From assembly GCF_009914755.1 (NCBI RefSeq), contig NC_060925.1: a stretch of DNA of 64,000 nt; one strand, written 5' to 3'. Origin of the DNA: the human T2T-CHM13v2.0 reference genome, Homo sapiens. A program made the translations under genes and the position numbers. Below, one piece after another: positions 16,011 to 28,325 of this stretch (positions are counted from its first letter, which is position 1; each line of letters opens with the position of its first letter). The notes beneath the pieces are model-generated. The model was not told the DNA's origin. It saw only the letters and a program-made list of their open reading frames with translations, and did no database searches.

Positions 16011-17629
16011 GGGATCTTGATATGTTTCTACCATTTTGAGGCTCCATGAGGATCCATGGCTTCAGGTCTTGGCAAGCCTCTCTGTTACCTGACCAGGGCC
16101 GGGACATAGAATAACCTGCCCCTTCCCTCTCATTCTCTGCATGTTCACCCACAGGGAAGCCTGCTGGAGAGGCCTCTATTTCTGCCCTGTGGGCCAGTAA
16201 AGGCACCAAGTAAAATCTTTGCTAAATCCCTGCACTTCCAAGGCTCGCCATCTGTTTCCTATTAGAGTCTCATGCATCCCTTTGACATATTTTTATTGTC
16301 AGGTTAGAAGAAAATATTCCACTCATTTGCAACATTCTCATTATATTCCCTTTATAACAATTTCTAAAAGAGAATAAATATAAAATATTTCTCTGTATTG
16401 TGGAGATATTTCAGCCTGACTTTAATATGCTGCATAGTTTTCCAACTCACAATTCTTCTAACCTTGTGATGACAGTTAAGAAATCTTCAGGCTGGGGAAA
16501 ACATGTGGATCAATGAGTTAGTGGAAGTGCAGGACACTTTATGAGGACTCAGGGAGAGCGGCTTTCTGCCGACTCAGAGATGCCTTCTCAGCCTTTTGAG
16601 AATAAACTGTTCCAACAGTCCCAAAGTCTCTTTCCCTTGGGCCATTTCTAAGAACTCAGAGATGTCTCCTTTGAGATCGATCAGCAGCTGGGTCCTCAAG
16701 GAGCCTGGCCAGGAAGCTTGGTTTGAAAGGGCAAAAGTGGAAACCCTTGTCCACAGCCTCTGAGTAAGCCTGGCTGCTCCAGGTGGCAGTCACGACTGAC
16801 CCTACCCCAGAGGACCCAGTCAAAGGGCATCCAGATTTCTCATTTCCACCCGGGAGTACAGGTCCTACTGTGCCTTCAGCCCCAGGCTTGTGGCTGCCCC
16901 AGGTCCCTGATCGCTGGGAAGAGCGTCCTGCCATAGACTCAGCTCCACACTGGGCAGCCCCACTTGGCAGATCGAAGAAGGCAGCATTCCCAACTGCCCT
17001 CCCGAATGGACGGCCACTTTGGGGTGGGCGCCAGGCAGTTAAGCCTGCTGGTGGCCTCTACTTCCTCCTGCCGTGGCGCCGCTCAAGCATACCCCAGCCC
17101 ATCTGCAGATCAGGTCCCCTTAGGTGAATTCCTGCCCCTGCTCCCTTGCCAAGTGTCTCCCACTCCCAGTAAGCCCTTCCTTCAAACTGCCTCTTCCCTG
17201 CAGATCTTTGAGACCAACTCTCTAAGGCTTTTCTGATGCCTAAGCCCCTGGAGACCACCCTTACCTCCTCCTGCCCCATCCCCAAGCTCCCAAAGTCCTA
17301 TGTCATCTGTGCAGAGGCCCTTTGCACATGCAGCATGGGAGCCACTCATCCTACCAGACTCTAGGACCCCCGAAGGCAGCGACTGTAATGCTGGTGCCAG
17401 GGGAACAACCTGGGCCCTGAGCCAGGCAGAGGCAACCCTGGTCCCCAAGAAGCCTGCAGTCAGTTCTGGAGAACAAGACATAAACCTGGGAAGATGATCG
17501 AACAACGCTGACAAAGTGGACTAGAAACAAGGCTGACCAGCGCAGAGCCCAGGGGCCCTGGGAAGAGCCGGAGCTGTGAGAACCGCTGTTGGCTGTGGGT
17601 ATGCTAGGTGCCAGGAGCATCCGTATTCT

Positions 17630-17773
17630 CTTTTAAGCCTCACCCAGCCTTGTGAGCTAAACATAACATCCCTATTCCACAGACCCAGAAACAGGCCCAG
17701 AGAGGGAAAGTGACCTCCCCAAGGTCACACAGCCGGAAAGTACTGAAGTCAGGTTTTGAATTCAGGTCTAACT
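17630..17773 (-). mobile_element. MIR
   Basis: gaaacaggcccagagagggaaagtgacctccccaaggtcacacagc...ggttttgaattcaggtct. Confidence 0.8.
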
Positions 17774-18989
17774 ATAAATTGGTGTCCCAGGGAGTTCAAT
17801 CCAGGAGGCCTTTCTGTGGGTGTTTAACATAATTTAGAGGATCTGAGGGAATGGGAGGAGCATGTTCCGGTAGCGGCCAGGGAATTGAGGCACAGAGACC
17901 ATTCTATGCAGCAGAAGACAAGTGAGAGGTGGCTGCGTGGCATGAGAAGTCAGGGCTGTCTGGGAGAGGAAGCATCCTGGTGGGGTCACCACGGGGCCAG
18001 GATGCTGAGGGGCCAGGGCCAGTGCTCTGCCTCCGTCCGGGCCTCAGCCCACCTCTGGTGCTGGGGTGGTCCGTCCTGAGCAAGCCTTGGGAAGGGAATC
18101 TGGCTGCTCCCCACACAGCAGCTGCCTTTCTGTTGTCTGAGCTCCACTCAGTTGAACAAAATTTGCCGTCCCCCTTGTGGCCCTGCATCTCCTGTTATCT
18201 CTATTCAGGGCCCTTCTGCCTTTCAGCTTCACCAGGAGAGGATTATTTACGGCCTTGTTTATTTCGCTCTCTGCAGGCAATGCCCAGGCTGAGGAGACAA
18301 GTAGCAGTGGGCAGCCTGCAGCCAGGGCCCAGCCAGCACCTGCCTTTCTTCGTGCATAGGTTCTGCACCGGGGCCAGCCCCAGAGGGATCTCCAGACCCG
18401 ACAGACCCCCAGCCTTGGTGAAATCACCTCCTCAGAAGGAAGCAGGCAGCCTCCCTCTGACCACCGGGTATGCCGGCCCCCAGTCCCCATGGCTGAAGGG
18501 TACTTGGTCCCTGTGGCCTTATTCAATAGAGCCAGGTTGCCTGCCTCCTGCTCATGGAGGTCCCTGAGGGAGGAATTGCCCAGGAAATAGGCCAGCCTAA
18601 GGCTTGTGGCTGCCCTAGCAGGCTGGTGTTGGGTGTCAGAGAAGGAGGCAGGGCAGAAGGAAGGGCTGTGCTGCCTGCATCCTCCACCTGGGCATCTCTA
18701 TCTAAGCCTCCAGCAACCTGAGCAACCTCCTTGGTGGCCACAGCTGTGTGACTCCCTCCTTTCCATTCCTCTGCAGCCCTTCAGATGGGACTGTGGCAGC
18801 TGGGAGCTTCTGAAAGCCACGGCCTGTGTGATTCCCACTCCTGGCCAGGCCCAGCCTTTGCCTTTGAGGCTCCCAAGGACCACCTAGCAGTTTCTTGCTG
18901 CAGGGCCCCTCCAGGTACCCACTTCTCAGGGAGGGGCCAGGTCCAATGGCAAGGTGAAGCCACTACTACCTCACCAACGGAGAAAAAAG

Positions 18990-19255
18990 GACGAGCCAAT
19001 TGATGTACGTGAGCACCTGGAGGAACCCCCAGAGAACACTGCTGAGCAAAACAAGCCAATCCCAGAAGGCCACATACTGCACGGTTCCATTTAGATAATA
19101 TCATTGAAATGACAGAATTATAGAAATAGAGAGCAGATTAGTGGCCGCCAGTGGTTAAGAAGGAGTTGGGCTGGGAGGGAAGTGGGTGTGGCTGAAAAGG
19201 GTAGAAGGAAGGGCCCTTGTGATGGAAGATTCCGTTTCCTGACTGTCCTGGTATC
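18990..19255 (+). mobile_element. Old L1M (L1MC/MD/ME-type) 3' fragment
   Basis: gctgagcaaaacaagccaatcccagaaggccacatactgcacggttccattt...agagagcagattagtggccgccag. Confidence 0.75.
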
Positions 19256-19451
19256 AACATCTGGGATGTACAGGAAAGGGAGACTCATGGGGCCAGGACA
19301 GCAGTAGCCCCAGCCTCAGCCCCACAAGCCAGCAGCACAGGATCAGCCCTCCTCATTCAATGCAAGGGGAGGGGGCCCTGGTGGACGGGGAAGCATTAAG
19401 CCTATTGCCTGGACCTTGGGCTTCACTGCTGCCTGCTTCGCCCTGTCCCCT

Positions 19452-19529
19452 GTCCCTCCCCCACATCCCTTCCACCTCCTGGAGAGTCCCTCCCCCACAT
19501 CCCTTCCTCCTCCTGGAGAGTCCCTCCCC
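19452..19529. repeat. 34-bp tandem repeat, ~2.3 copies
   Basis: gtccctcccccacatcccttcc(a/t)cctcctggaga at 19452 and 19486. Confidence 0.9.
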
Positions 19530-19869
19530 AAGCATCCATGCCTCCCAGCTCTCTCTCTTTTACTTTCCAAACTTGCTCTCAGAAAGGAGGAGGCTGGCCC
19601 TCTGCTGCTCTGAGCATTTGCAGAACTCTCTGCTCTTTCCCAAGGGATCAGCTCATGAAGGCAACCATATCCTCACCCTGTGCAAAAAATTGCAGGATAC
19701 AGGAGCCACGGGGAGCATGGCAGTAAGGACAGCTCCCTCAGCCCCGAACACTGCACAGACGCTGGCCTTCTCCATCTCGCCAGGGCAGACACTGTCTGTG
19801 TGACATACTCCCCATAGGGTGGCTAGGCAGTGATGGGTTGGCCACCCCTGGGGCTTAGGAGGAAAGCAC

Positions 19870-19985
19870 CATTCATTCATTCATTCATTCATTCATTCAG
19901 ATTCAGCAAATCCCCACTGAGTCCCCCGCTACCTTCTAGGACCTGCCCTAGGTACTGGGTTCTCTAAAATGAGTCTGACATCATC
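19870..19985 (-). mobile_element. L2 3' tail with (CATT)n microsatellite
   Basis: (CATT)7 followed by cagcaaatccccactgagtccccc...ccctaggtactggg. Confidence 0.65.
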
Positions 19986-19999
19986 AGACATTGGCTTGA

Positions 20000-20664
20000 G
20001 CCTTAGTCTGTTTGTGCTCCTGTAACAGAGTGTCTGAGATTGGGTAACTTAGAACAGAAATTTATTTCCCATCAATGGTTCTGGAGGCTGGGAAGTCCAA
20101 AGCCAAGGTGCCAGCATCTTACCTAGTGAGGGCCTTCTTGCTCTGTCCCCGAGTGGTGGACAGTAGTGGGGAGGGGAGCCGGGCATGGTGGCTCACGCCT
20201 GTAATCTCAGCACTCTGGGAGACCGAGGCAGGCTGATCGCTTAAGCTCAGGAGTTTGAGACCAACCTGGGCAACATGGCAAAATCCTGTCTCTACAAAAA
20301 AAAAAAAAAAAATACAGAAATTAGCCAAGCATGGTGGCACATGCCTATAGTCCTACCTACTGGGTAGGCTGAGGTAAAAGGATCACCTGAGCCCAGGAGG
20401 TTGAGGCTGCAGTGAGCTGAGATCCCACCACTGCACTCCAGCCTGGGTGACAGCAAAACCCTGTCTCAAAACAAGAAAAAAGAAAAAAAAGAAGGCAGAG
20501 GGCATGCTAGCTGAATGCTGCCTGAAGCCTTTTTTATAAGGGCCTGAATCCCATTTTGGCAGGAGGAGCTCTCATGGCTTTCTCACCTCTTACAGACCCC
20601 ACCTCTTAAAACAATCACATTGGCAACAGCTGCATTTTGGAGGGGGTGCATTCAAACCACAGCA
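20000..20664 (-). mobile_element. MaLR solo LTR (MLT1A-like), split by AluJ
   Basis: aacagaaatttatttc...gttctggaggctgggaagtccaa...gtgagggcc. Resumes after the Alu with ttttataagggc...cattcaaaccacagca. Confidence 0.85.
20177..20490 (+). mobile_element. AluJ
   Basis: J-type gatcgcttaagctcaggagtttgag and gagcccaggaggttgaggctgcagtgagc. The middle A-linker is expanded. Confidence 0.92.
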
Positions 20665-22684
20665 GTTTGCCTAGACCTGCTGAGCTCACAGTCCAGTGGG
20701 GAGATCAGGCCCCAGGCTGCCTTTATTCTCACTGTCTCAGGCATGAACTCAGGCCAGAATCCCATCATTCTAAAGCCCAGAATCCCAGAACTCCAGAATT
20801 CCAAGTTTGGGACTCCTGTACCTCTCCCTGTGGGATCCCTGCCCTAGGCTGGGTTCTTGCTCTGCTGCTATTCCTGTTTTGAAACAGAACCTTCCGGTTT
20901 GTTGAGGGTTGGGTCATCATCCCCTCTGTTACCCTGAAGAGAGCAACCGGCAGTGGGCTCTTCAGGGTTCTCAGCCTGGTTCACTGTGGTGGCAGTGGAG
21001 CGCAGTCCCCATGCTTGGGGAAAGTCCCCCAGCTTTGGCGGAATCAGCGCCTCAGAAAGAACCAGGCAGCCTCCTTCTGACCAGGCAAGGGCTGGCCGCC
21101 GTTCTCATGGCTGAAGGGTACTCAGTTCCTATAGCCCGATCATGGCATTGTCACGGTGGCACAGGGGCCCGCCTATCTGAAGTCAGGGCAATCCACGCAG
21201 AGAGCCCTCCTCATGGCCCGGCTCAGGGAGCCACCCTCCCATTCCTGCACCCTTGCCTTCTGGCAGGGCTTGCATGCCTCCGAGCTCACAGCATGACCCA
21301 GGGGCCTGGCTGTGCTGCACCCTGGGGAAGATACTGTCTTAGGTACAAGAGGCACCTCAGGAGCAGAGGAGGGAGCTGGGAAGCTCCCCATGCCACCACC
21401 CTGAGCTTGCAGCAGAGAACCAGCCCAATTTGCAAGCAGGAGCGGGAGGCTCTGGGCTTTCTTAGAACATTATTTATCAGGTAGACTCTCAGCCTCATGG
21501 CAGCTCGAGCCACAGCCTGATATGAATATTGATTGGAAAAAATGTCTCTCCCCTCGTCCCCCAGGCCCGGGGCTGCCAGGGAGCTCTCCAAGCAGTCTGG
21601 GAGGCGAGAGGGAGCCGGGCATGGGGAGAAGAGGCTCATGGGAAGAGAGTGTGTTTGAAGCTGGGAGATGCCCTGCGTGCCGCAGGCCCCTGTCCTCAGG
21701 AGCAGATGAAGCCCTGGCTTCCGGGCTGGTTCCAGCATGGGATTGTTCAGGATTGTTCAGGGAGGGGGCCTGGGAGGGAAAAGGGGAAGAGTGACGCCCC
21801 AGTTCCAGGCAGCAGACTTAATGCTAGGCTTGGAGGGGTGCTTCTGTCCTAGCACTAAGCACCTGGAGGGGTGCTCCCAGCTTCCTGCAGCATCTAAAGC
21901 TCTGTCTTGTGGGCCCGGCAGAGCCTCTGGGCCGCCCTCTGCCTGCAGACCACAGGGCCCCAGGGAACCTGAGGTGGGAGGAGCAGGGTGAGGTCGGTAA
22001 GGGGTCCCTCCTTGCCAGGGCCTGGTCCCTCCTCCCAGCTCCCCAGCTCTAGAGGTACTAGAGCAGTTGAAGGCTGGTTCCTGGACTTGCCCTTCCCGGG
22101 CCTGTGGCATCTGAAAGGGTTATTACTTCCAGGGTCATTTTGTTTAGTTTCTGTCTCTTATTAACTTGTAGTCCCTCGCCTCTGTACCCTGGGAACGGCA
22201 GTGGGGCTGGGGTCCCAGCGGGGCGGATGCAGAGGTAGAATGCAGGCTGTGGCTGGGAGCTGAGGGCCCTGCAATCTGGGTGTGGGATGTAAAGAGGTAA
22301 CTGAGGCTGGAGGTTGTGGGTGCCGGGTACCAAAGTGGGGCACATTCTGAGCTGTGGGCAAAGCCTGCACGTTGGGGGGAATGGCAGGGCACAGCGGCAT
22401 TGCAGGAGGATCTAAGTCCCCCATGTCTCAGCCCCTCTGGGGCACAGCTGGCAGGCTTGGCCAGGTGGGACAGGAGCAGAAAGGGGAAACTGACAGCCGC
22501 AGGCAAGCAGAGGAGGCCGCAGAGGAAGAGGAGGGAGGCCCAGCAGAGGCCCTTCCCAGCCCTATCCTCCCCGGATGCCTGGATGCCGGAGGCAGGTCTC
22601 CGGTGTCCAACCAGCAGCCTGGCCCCTCTTTAGCCTCCAGGCCTGGAAAGCGGATCATCCTCCTAAGGGGACAGATGAGCCTAA

Positions 22685-23061
22685 AAGCACCACAGCCTGG
22701 GGGCTTAAGCCACAGGGATCCATCCTGCCACCCTGGAGGCTGCACGTCCATTCCTCCTGAGGGCGGTGAGGAAAACCCTGTTCGGGGCCTCTCTTGCCTT
22801 CTAATGCTTTGCTTGGTGTCCCTGGGCTGGGAGAAGCCTCATCTGAGCTCTGCCCTCATGTTTACTTGGCATTCTACCTGTGTTCGTGTCTGTGCCCACA
22901 CTCCCTGCCGTGTAAGGACACCAGTCATGCTGAATCAGGGCCCACCGACTCATCTGAACTCCTTACATCTGCAGAGACTTTCCAAATTAGGCCACATTCT
23001 GAGGTCCTGGGGGCTAGGACTTCAACGTATGAATTTTGGGAGACAACATTCAATCCATAAC
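22685..23061 (-). mobile_element. MaLR solo LTR (MLT1B/C-like)
   Basis: taaggacaccagtcat...ttacatctgcagagactttccaaattaggccacattctgaggtcctgggg...acattcaatccataac. Confidence 0.85.
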
Positions 23062-23214
23062 CGGGGGCCTCTGACTTTTAAGGGAAGAGACCCCTCCCCT
23101 GGGAAACCTCAGATTCTGGGTCTGTAGAAGCCTGCAGCTTGGTGGGTTGGAGGGCCTGACACAGGGTGCTGCCTCCCCAGCTGGCCCTGTGGGGTAAGTC
23201 CCGGGCCAGCAGGC

Positions 23215-23480
23215 GCATTCACTCATTCAGCGAGTACGACCGGCTCCTACACGGTCGGGCGGTGTGTCCAGCACATGGGTGAAGCAGGCCGCACGACAGC
23301 CAAGGTTTTACCACCTGGGTCTTGCTTTCTGGGAAGAAGCCAGAGGACAAACAGGTCAACAAATATAAAAAATCATCTCAAGTGGGGATGAGAGCTAAGA
23401 ATGAAGTCACGTGACGGGAAATCACAGAGGGCCTTGCTGAGAGTGGGACGTTTGAGCAGAATCTGAAGGAGAGGGGCTTT
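23215..23480 (-). mobile_element. L2 fragment
   Basis: cattcactcattcagc tail and gggacgtttgagcagaatctgaagga motif. Confidence 0.55.
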
Positions 23481-24259
23481 GAGGAACCCAAGAAGAACAC
23501 CTCAGGAGTAGGGGTGTAGAGGCGGAGGCAGAGGCAGAAGGCAGGGCTGGGTGGTGTTGGGGGAATCAGAGATGCCAGCTCTCACCCCAGCTGCGGCCCA
23601 TAGGGCTGCCACCTCCAGGCAGCTGGGCAGGGCCTGGGTAGGTCAGAGGTCTTGAGACTGGGGTGAGGGGCAAGACGCACTGTCCGAGCGGCAGGTTTGC
23701 GGGGGTGGAGCATGGTGGAGAAGGACTCTGTTCTAGGGAAAACCCAGATACAGCTTTCTTTGGAGTCTTTTAAATCCTTTGAGAAGAAGCCAAAGTGATG
23801 AGTGAGCCAGGGTGGCCGGGAACAAGGGGAAGTTGTGACTTTGAGCTGGTCTCGGTCACTCGGGGCAACCATGGCTGGAGAGACTGGGATCCCCCAAGGG
23901 CCTGGGCTCAGCCAGGAATCTCTATCCTCACCCTGAGGGCATCCCAGGGTCCCCATCATCCACCACTGGCCCCTGTGTCCAGGCAGGAGGGGTCAACTGT
24001 ACCCAGAGCCGTGGGAGGCCCCTGGCTTCCAGTTTCCCTCCTTCCTGTGGCTGCAATGCAGCTGTGGCCCCAACATCTGTCTCCTCCGAGGGGCAAGGGC
24101 AGGTGGAAGCAGGCAGAGGGGGTCCCGCACACAGGAATCAGACAGGTTTTAGAACTCAAAGGGCCTCGAGGGTCCTGGTGGAGCAGAAAGAGCATGGCCT
24201 GTGGAGCCCGGAAGGCCTGACCTGCTGTTACTGAGCAGGGTTGGACAGGAAGAAAAGTC

Positions 24260-24385
24260 CTGGCCACTCTCAGCCTCAGCTTCCTCATCTGTAAAACCCA
24301 GTGTCCACCTCCATATCATAGTGAGACAGTGAGGATGGAATGACCATCTCTGAGAGTCCTGGGTGCGGTGCCTGCACAGAGAGGT
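24260..24385 (+). mobile_element. MIR
   Basis: ctctcagcctcagcttcctcatctgtaaaa...gtgaggatggaatga. Confidence 0.7.
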
Positions 24386-27300
24386 GTCACGGAGCCGCCT
24401 CTCATCACACCAGGGCCAGAGTGAGCAGGGCTCGTGCTGGCTCTGAGAGGGAAGGCCACCACAAAGAGGGGCAGCTTCTGGCTGCAGGCAGGTGGTCGGT
24501 GGGGGGCTGCAGGCCCAGAGCTGCGTCCTCCCAGGGCCGAGGGCCCCTCCAGGCCCTGCTGCTCCCAGGTGGGGTCTGCGGTCCTGGGTCGGGCCCGCCC
24601 TTGCTGACTGGACACAGGTGGGACAGGCTCCCCATTTCTGTCATACTGCTTTCTGCCTGGGTCCATGCTGCCACTGACCCCTCCTAGGTGGGGGATCTGT
24701 GTCCCCTGGACCACACTGAGCCATCGTTGGCTGCGACTCTGATGTTCTTCGTTGTCTGGAATCGAGCCCCTCCCTGAGACTGTGCAGTGAATGAGCCCCC
24801 TGCCCCTGCACCACCCAGGTCAGGCCGAGTGGACACTACCCTGAAGCACGTCTCCCGGTCCAGCCCCCACTCCTGCCTCACTGCGACTCTGCCACCTGAT
24901 GCCTCCATGGAGGGTCGATTCACCTGCCTGAGTCTGTGTGGGACCCACCACCCATGCAGGACCAGGGCTCCCCACTGAGGACCCTCTGAGCTACTGGTTA
25001 ACAGGCTCAAGCCTGCGCATGGTACGGCCACCGTCCTACATAGGTCCTGGGATCCAGCCTCCAGAGTGCAGGCCCATAGGCCAGACACCACCTGGGCAGC
25101 TTCTCATTCAGGACTGCCCCACTGTGATGATGGGGAGGAACGGAAGTGTGCAGGCCTCTAGGGTGCAGGTCTCTGAGCTCCCCAGGTGCAGATGAAGGGG
25201 TGAAGGGAGGGAGAGTGCCGAGCCCAGCCTCCCAGGAGGCAAAGCCTGGGTATCTGAGGCTGTCCAAGGTGCGGAGTGTCGGAGTCACGTGAGCTGCATC
25301 TCCAACCTTGGCTTCCTCATTTGCAAAATGAAGAGGCCCCAGTGAGCTCGGAGATCCCTTCACAGAATCATCGCTAGAATTCCGTGAGGCTTTGTTGAGG
25401 CCCAGCAGGCCTGTCTCAGTGGCAAGGGAGGCAGGTGGCTCCTGGAACGCAGGCAGCACTGGGCGGGTACCCGCACTGGGCATCCCATGTGCCCCACATC
25501 TCTGGCACATTAGCCCATGGCTCAGGTGGCACTGGCCCCGTGGCATAGGCGAGAGGGCAGGCTAGGGACTGCTCCTACCAGTGTGTCTTGGGCTCTGTGC
25601 CCACTACCTGGTGGGGAGAGGTGTCCACTTTGTCCACTTCATGGCATGGGAGCCGATGCGGCTTCAATCCTGACTCCGCAGCTGCCTCCTGACCAGTCAG
25701 CAATCGGGAGCCCCGACCTCTTCCCTCTCCATCCTCACTGCAGCCTGGGCAGGCCGGAGGCCAATGTCCCCAGGGCAGAGCTGGGACAGTCCCAGTGGGA
25801 AGGAGGCCTGGCCGGGCCAGACAGCAGCCTGGGAAGGAGCCGTGTGTTGCCTGGGAGTTCCACGGCACCGGCTGAACCTGCATCTTGAAGGTTTGATTGA
25901 TTGCGTCGTTCAGAGTGAATATATTTTTTAATAATCGGTTTCCAAAATTAGTCTTTCTCTGTGTAGCAGCTATCACAAACAGCATGAGACGCACTCCTTT
26001 TATTTTTTTTTTACCTGCCAGAGGCAGATATTTGTTTTTCCTTCAAGAGAGCAGCAGGTGAAGGTGTGGTCCCCGGATCCCAGCACCTGGAAGCTGCGGT
26101 CTGGTCCTGCCTGCTTGGAGCCTGTGGGCCGAGAAAGACAGGGGCAGAGGCAGCCTGACCAAACCTCCTCTTGCTCCCACTCTCCGTGGCTTGCGGGCCA
26201 AGCGACATCAGCTCTGCACCCCTCGGTTTCCTTAGCCGATGGCGATGGTTTGATTACTTCATCACACTGTTTTGGGATTAAGACAGGACAAGCTTAGTGC
26301 ACACATTATAGCTGCTCAGTGCCCATTCAGTAACTGGTAGCTTGGTCCTCCTACCTCGTGCCCTTGCGGTAGCTCTGGGAAGCCAACTCTGTCTCCATTT
26401 GACTGGTCCTACAGGTGCGGGTTTTAAACCCTACGTCACCCACATCTCCTTTTGGACATCACAAAACTCCTGAGGTGCCCAGCCCACTTACCCCCAAGTG
26501 CTCACCTTCTGTGAGCTCCTGAGCTTCTTCACCAGCTGAGATTTTTCCTTGTGGAGTTTTCTACTTCTGTTGTTTGTAATTCAAACTAATAAGTTCTTCC
26601 TGCATTTGAAAAATGAAAACATGGTGTAATATTGAATGTTGCTGTTCAAACTGCTCCCCACACCCAGCATTTTGCAATGTCCCCCAGGGGCACACACCCT
26701 TGATGCTTGACTGAAAAACTACCATACCAGTGACTGTCTGTATCTCATTGGCCTGAGAAATTAAAAGCTGCTACTGTGTTACATTAAGTGTCTGCTGTAC
26801 GCACCGCCCTGGGCTGGGCCAGTCCTGGGGGATAAAGAACAGTATCAGAAAGATACTCAGACAGAGCTGTCTCTGTGGTGGAGGAGATGAGAGCTAAGAG
26901 AAGTGAAAATGCAGAGCCGAGGCCAGGCCATCCCGCAGTGTCCACTGGTGCAGGGGTGGGCTGCGGGTCGCGAGCCACGGGAGCTTGCAAAAGGGAAGGG
27001 CATGGCTTGAAGTCAGCTTCCCGGAAGAGGAAGAGGCGGTCCTTGGCTGATGGCAGAATTTGCATGGGCTGATAGGAAGGGACGGCTTCAAGGTTGAGTT
27101 GGCTAACAACTCGAGCCAAGGCCCAGAGGTGGGGATGAGTTTGCTGCCAAAGGGGACGGCTGGCAGGAAGCTACTCAGTGTGCTTGTTCGTCTCGCTCAT
27201 TAATTGGGCACAAAGAGCAGCAAATCCCATCCCCATCCCGAGGCCCTGCAGCATGGTAGGATCATGCCCACTTCTCCCTGCTCTTAGACCAACGTGGGTT

Positions 27301-27599
27301 CTGCCTCCCCTGCCCAAAGCGTAGGCGCAGACTCTGGGTGGAATCAAGGTGCAAAGGAGGCCTCGATTCCGGCGGTTTCAGAGGGCTGCTCCCTGCGTAA
27401 GTCATCCACCCATCCTCTTGTTACCCCACCTCTGGCTTCTGGGGGCCCCAGGACTTCCCCAGCGCTGTCCTCAGCCCTGAAACCTCCATGGGGTTTCCAT
27501 GGAGAAGTGCTGACAATTTTGTTTCTACTCTCCCAGTTCTTCCTGAAATTCATCTGCATCAAAGTGAGATCCCTTATGCTCAGCGCTCAGCAAGGCTGT

Positions 27600-27860
27600 G
27601 GTGATTAAGCACTTAAATTGATTAATCAAATTTCCTGTGATGAGAACTACTGTCATTCATTAATCTGAGCGGGATTATAAATAAGAGATGGCAGATACAG
27701 GAGACAACCGTGTTGACAGATGGACACGGTGGCCTGAATCACAAGTAGGTGCCTGCTTCCTGGGGGCTTTCGCTGTGGGCAGCTGGGGACGGAGCTTCCC
27801 TAAAGACAAAATTATTCGGAGATTGAAGTATCCCCATTTTAATAACGAAATATGCATAGA
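27600..27860. promoter_or_regulatory. Candidate enhancer island
   Basis: Perfect palindrome TTGATTAATCAA (27618-27629), TGATTAA (27602), TAATC, and TATAAAT (27676). Repeat-free. Confidence 0.4.
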
Positions 27861-27991
27861 TGAGCAGGCAGCCGGTACAGGGAGCACGTAGGTTCGCATA
27901 CCAATGGCCCGGTTGTATTCATGGAGGTGGTAGCAGCAGCTCCAAGAGATAAAGAATCTGCTAGAAAAAGAGGCCAAAGCAAAGTGGCACA

Positions 27992-28190
27992 CGGGTTGAG
28001 AATATGGGTTTGAGGGTCAGAGCAGCCCTGGGTGCAAATCCTGCCTCCATGGTTTACTCAACGCGTGACTTGGCTGAGGTTCTCAATCTCCCAGAGCCTC
28101 CATTCCCTCACTGGCAAAATGCGGATGCTGATAATCCTGATTCCACTGGGTTGTTGTTAAGAGTAAATGAGACAATATCTATGAGGCACT
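27992..28190 (+). mobile_element. MIR
   Basis: ctgggtgcaaatcctgcctcc...gtgacttggc...gggttgttgttaagagtaaatgagacaat. Confidence 0.8.
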
Positions 28191-28194
28191 TTTT

Positions 28195-28325
28195 ATCTAG
28201 TTTACAAACATTTATTGAGCACCTACTGTATGTCAGTACTGTGCTGGTATTTAGAGATTGGCAAGGAATAAAGCAAGCATGGTCCCTGCCCCCAGAGCTG
28301 GTGTTCTTATGGAGAAGGCAGACAC
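28195..28325 (-). mobile_element. L2 3' tail
   Basis: acaaacatttattgagcacctactgtatgtcagtactgtgctgg. Confidence 0.75.

Noticed and set aside
14727-16209. Poly-His, poly-Asp, poly-Met/Val and Ile/Thr ORFs
   Set aside because: These are translations of a GAT/GGT triplet repeat open in several frames on both strands, with no promoter or splice context.
22354-23127. 257-aa ORF
   Set aside because: It runs through an MLT1 LTR, has no recognisable domain and has the composition of GC-rich non-coding DNA.
27637-27668. GTGATGA...CTGA resembling C/D snoRNA boxes
   Set aside because: The boxes span only ~32 nt with no terminal stem, too short for a snoRNA.
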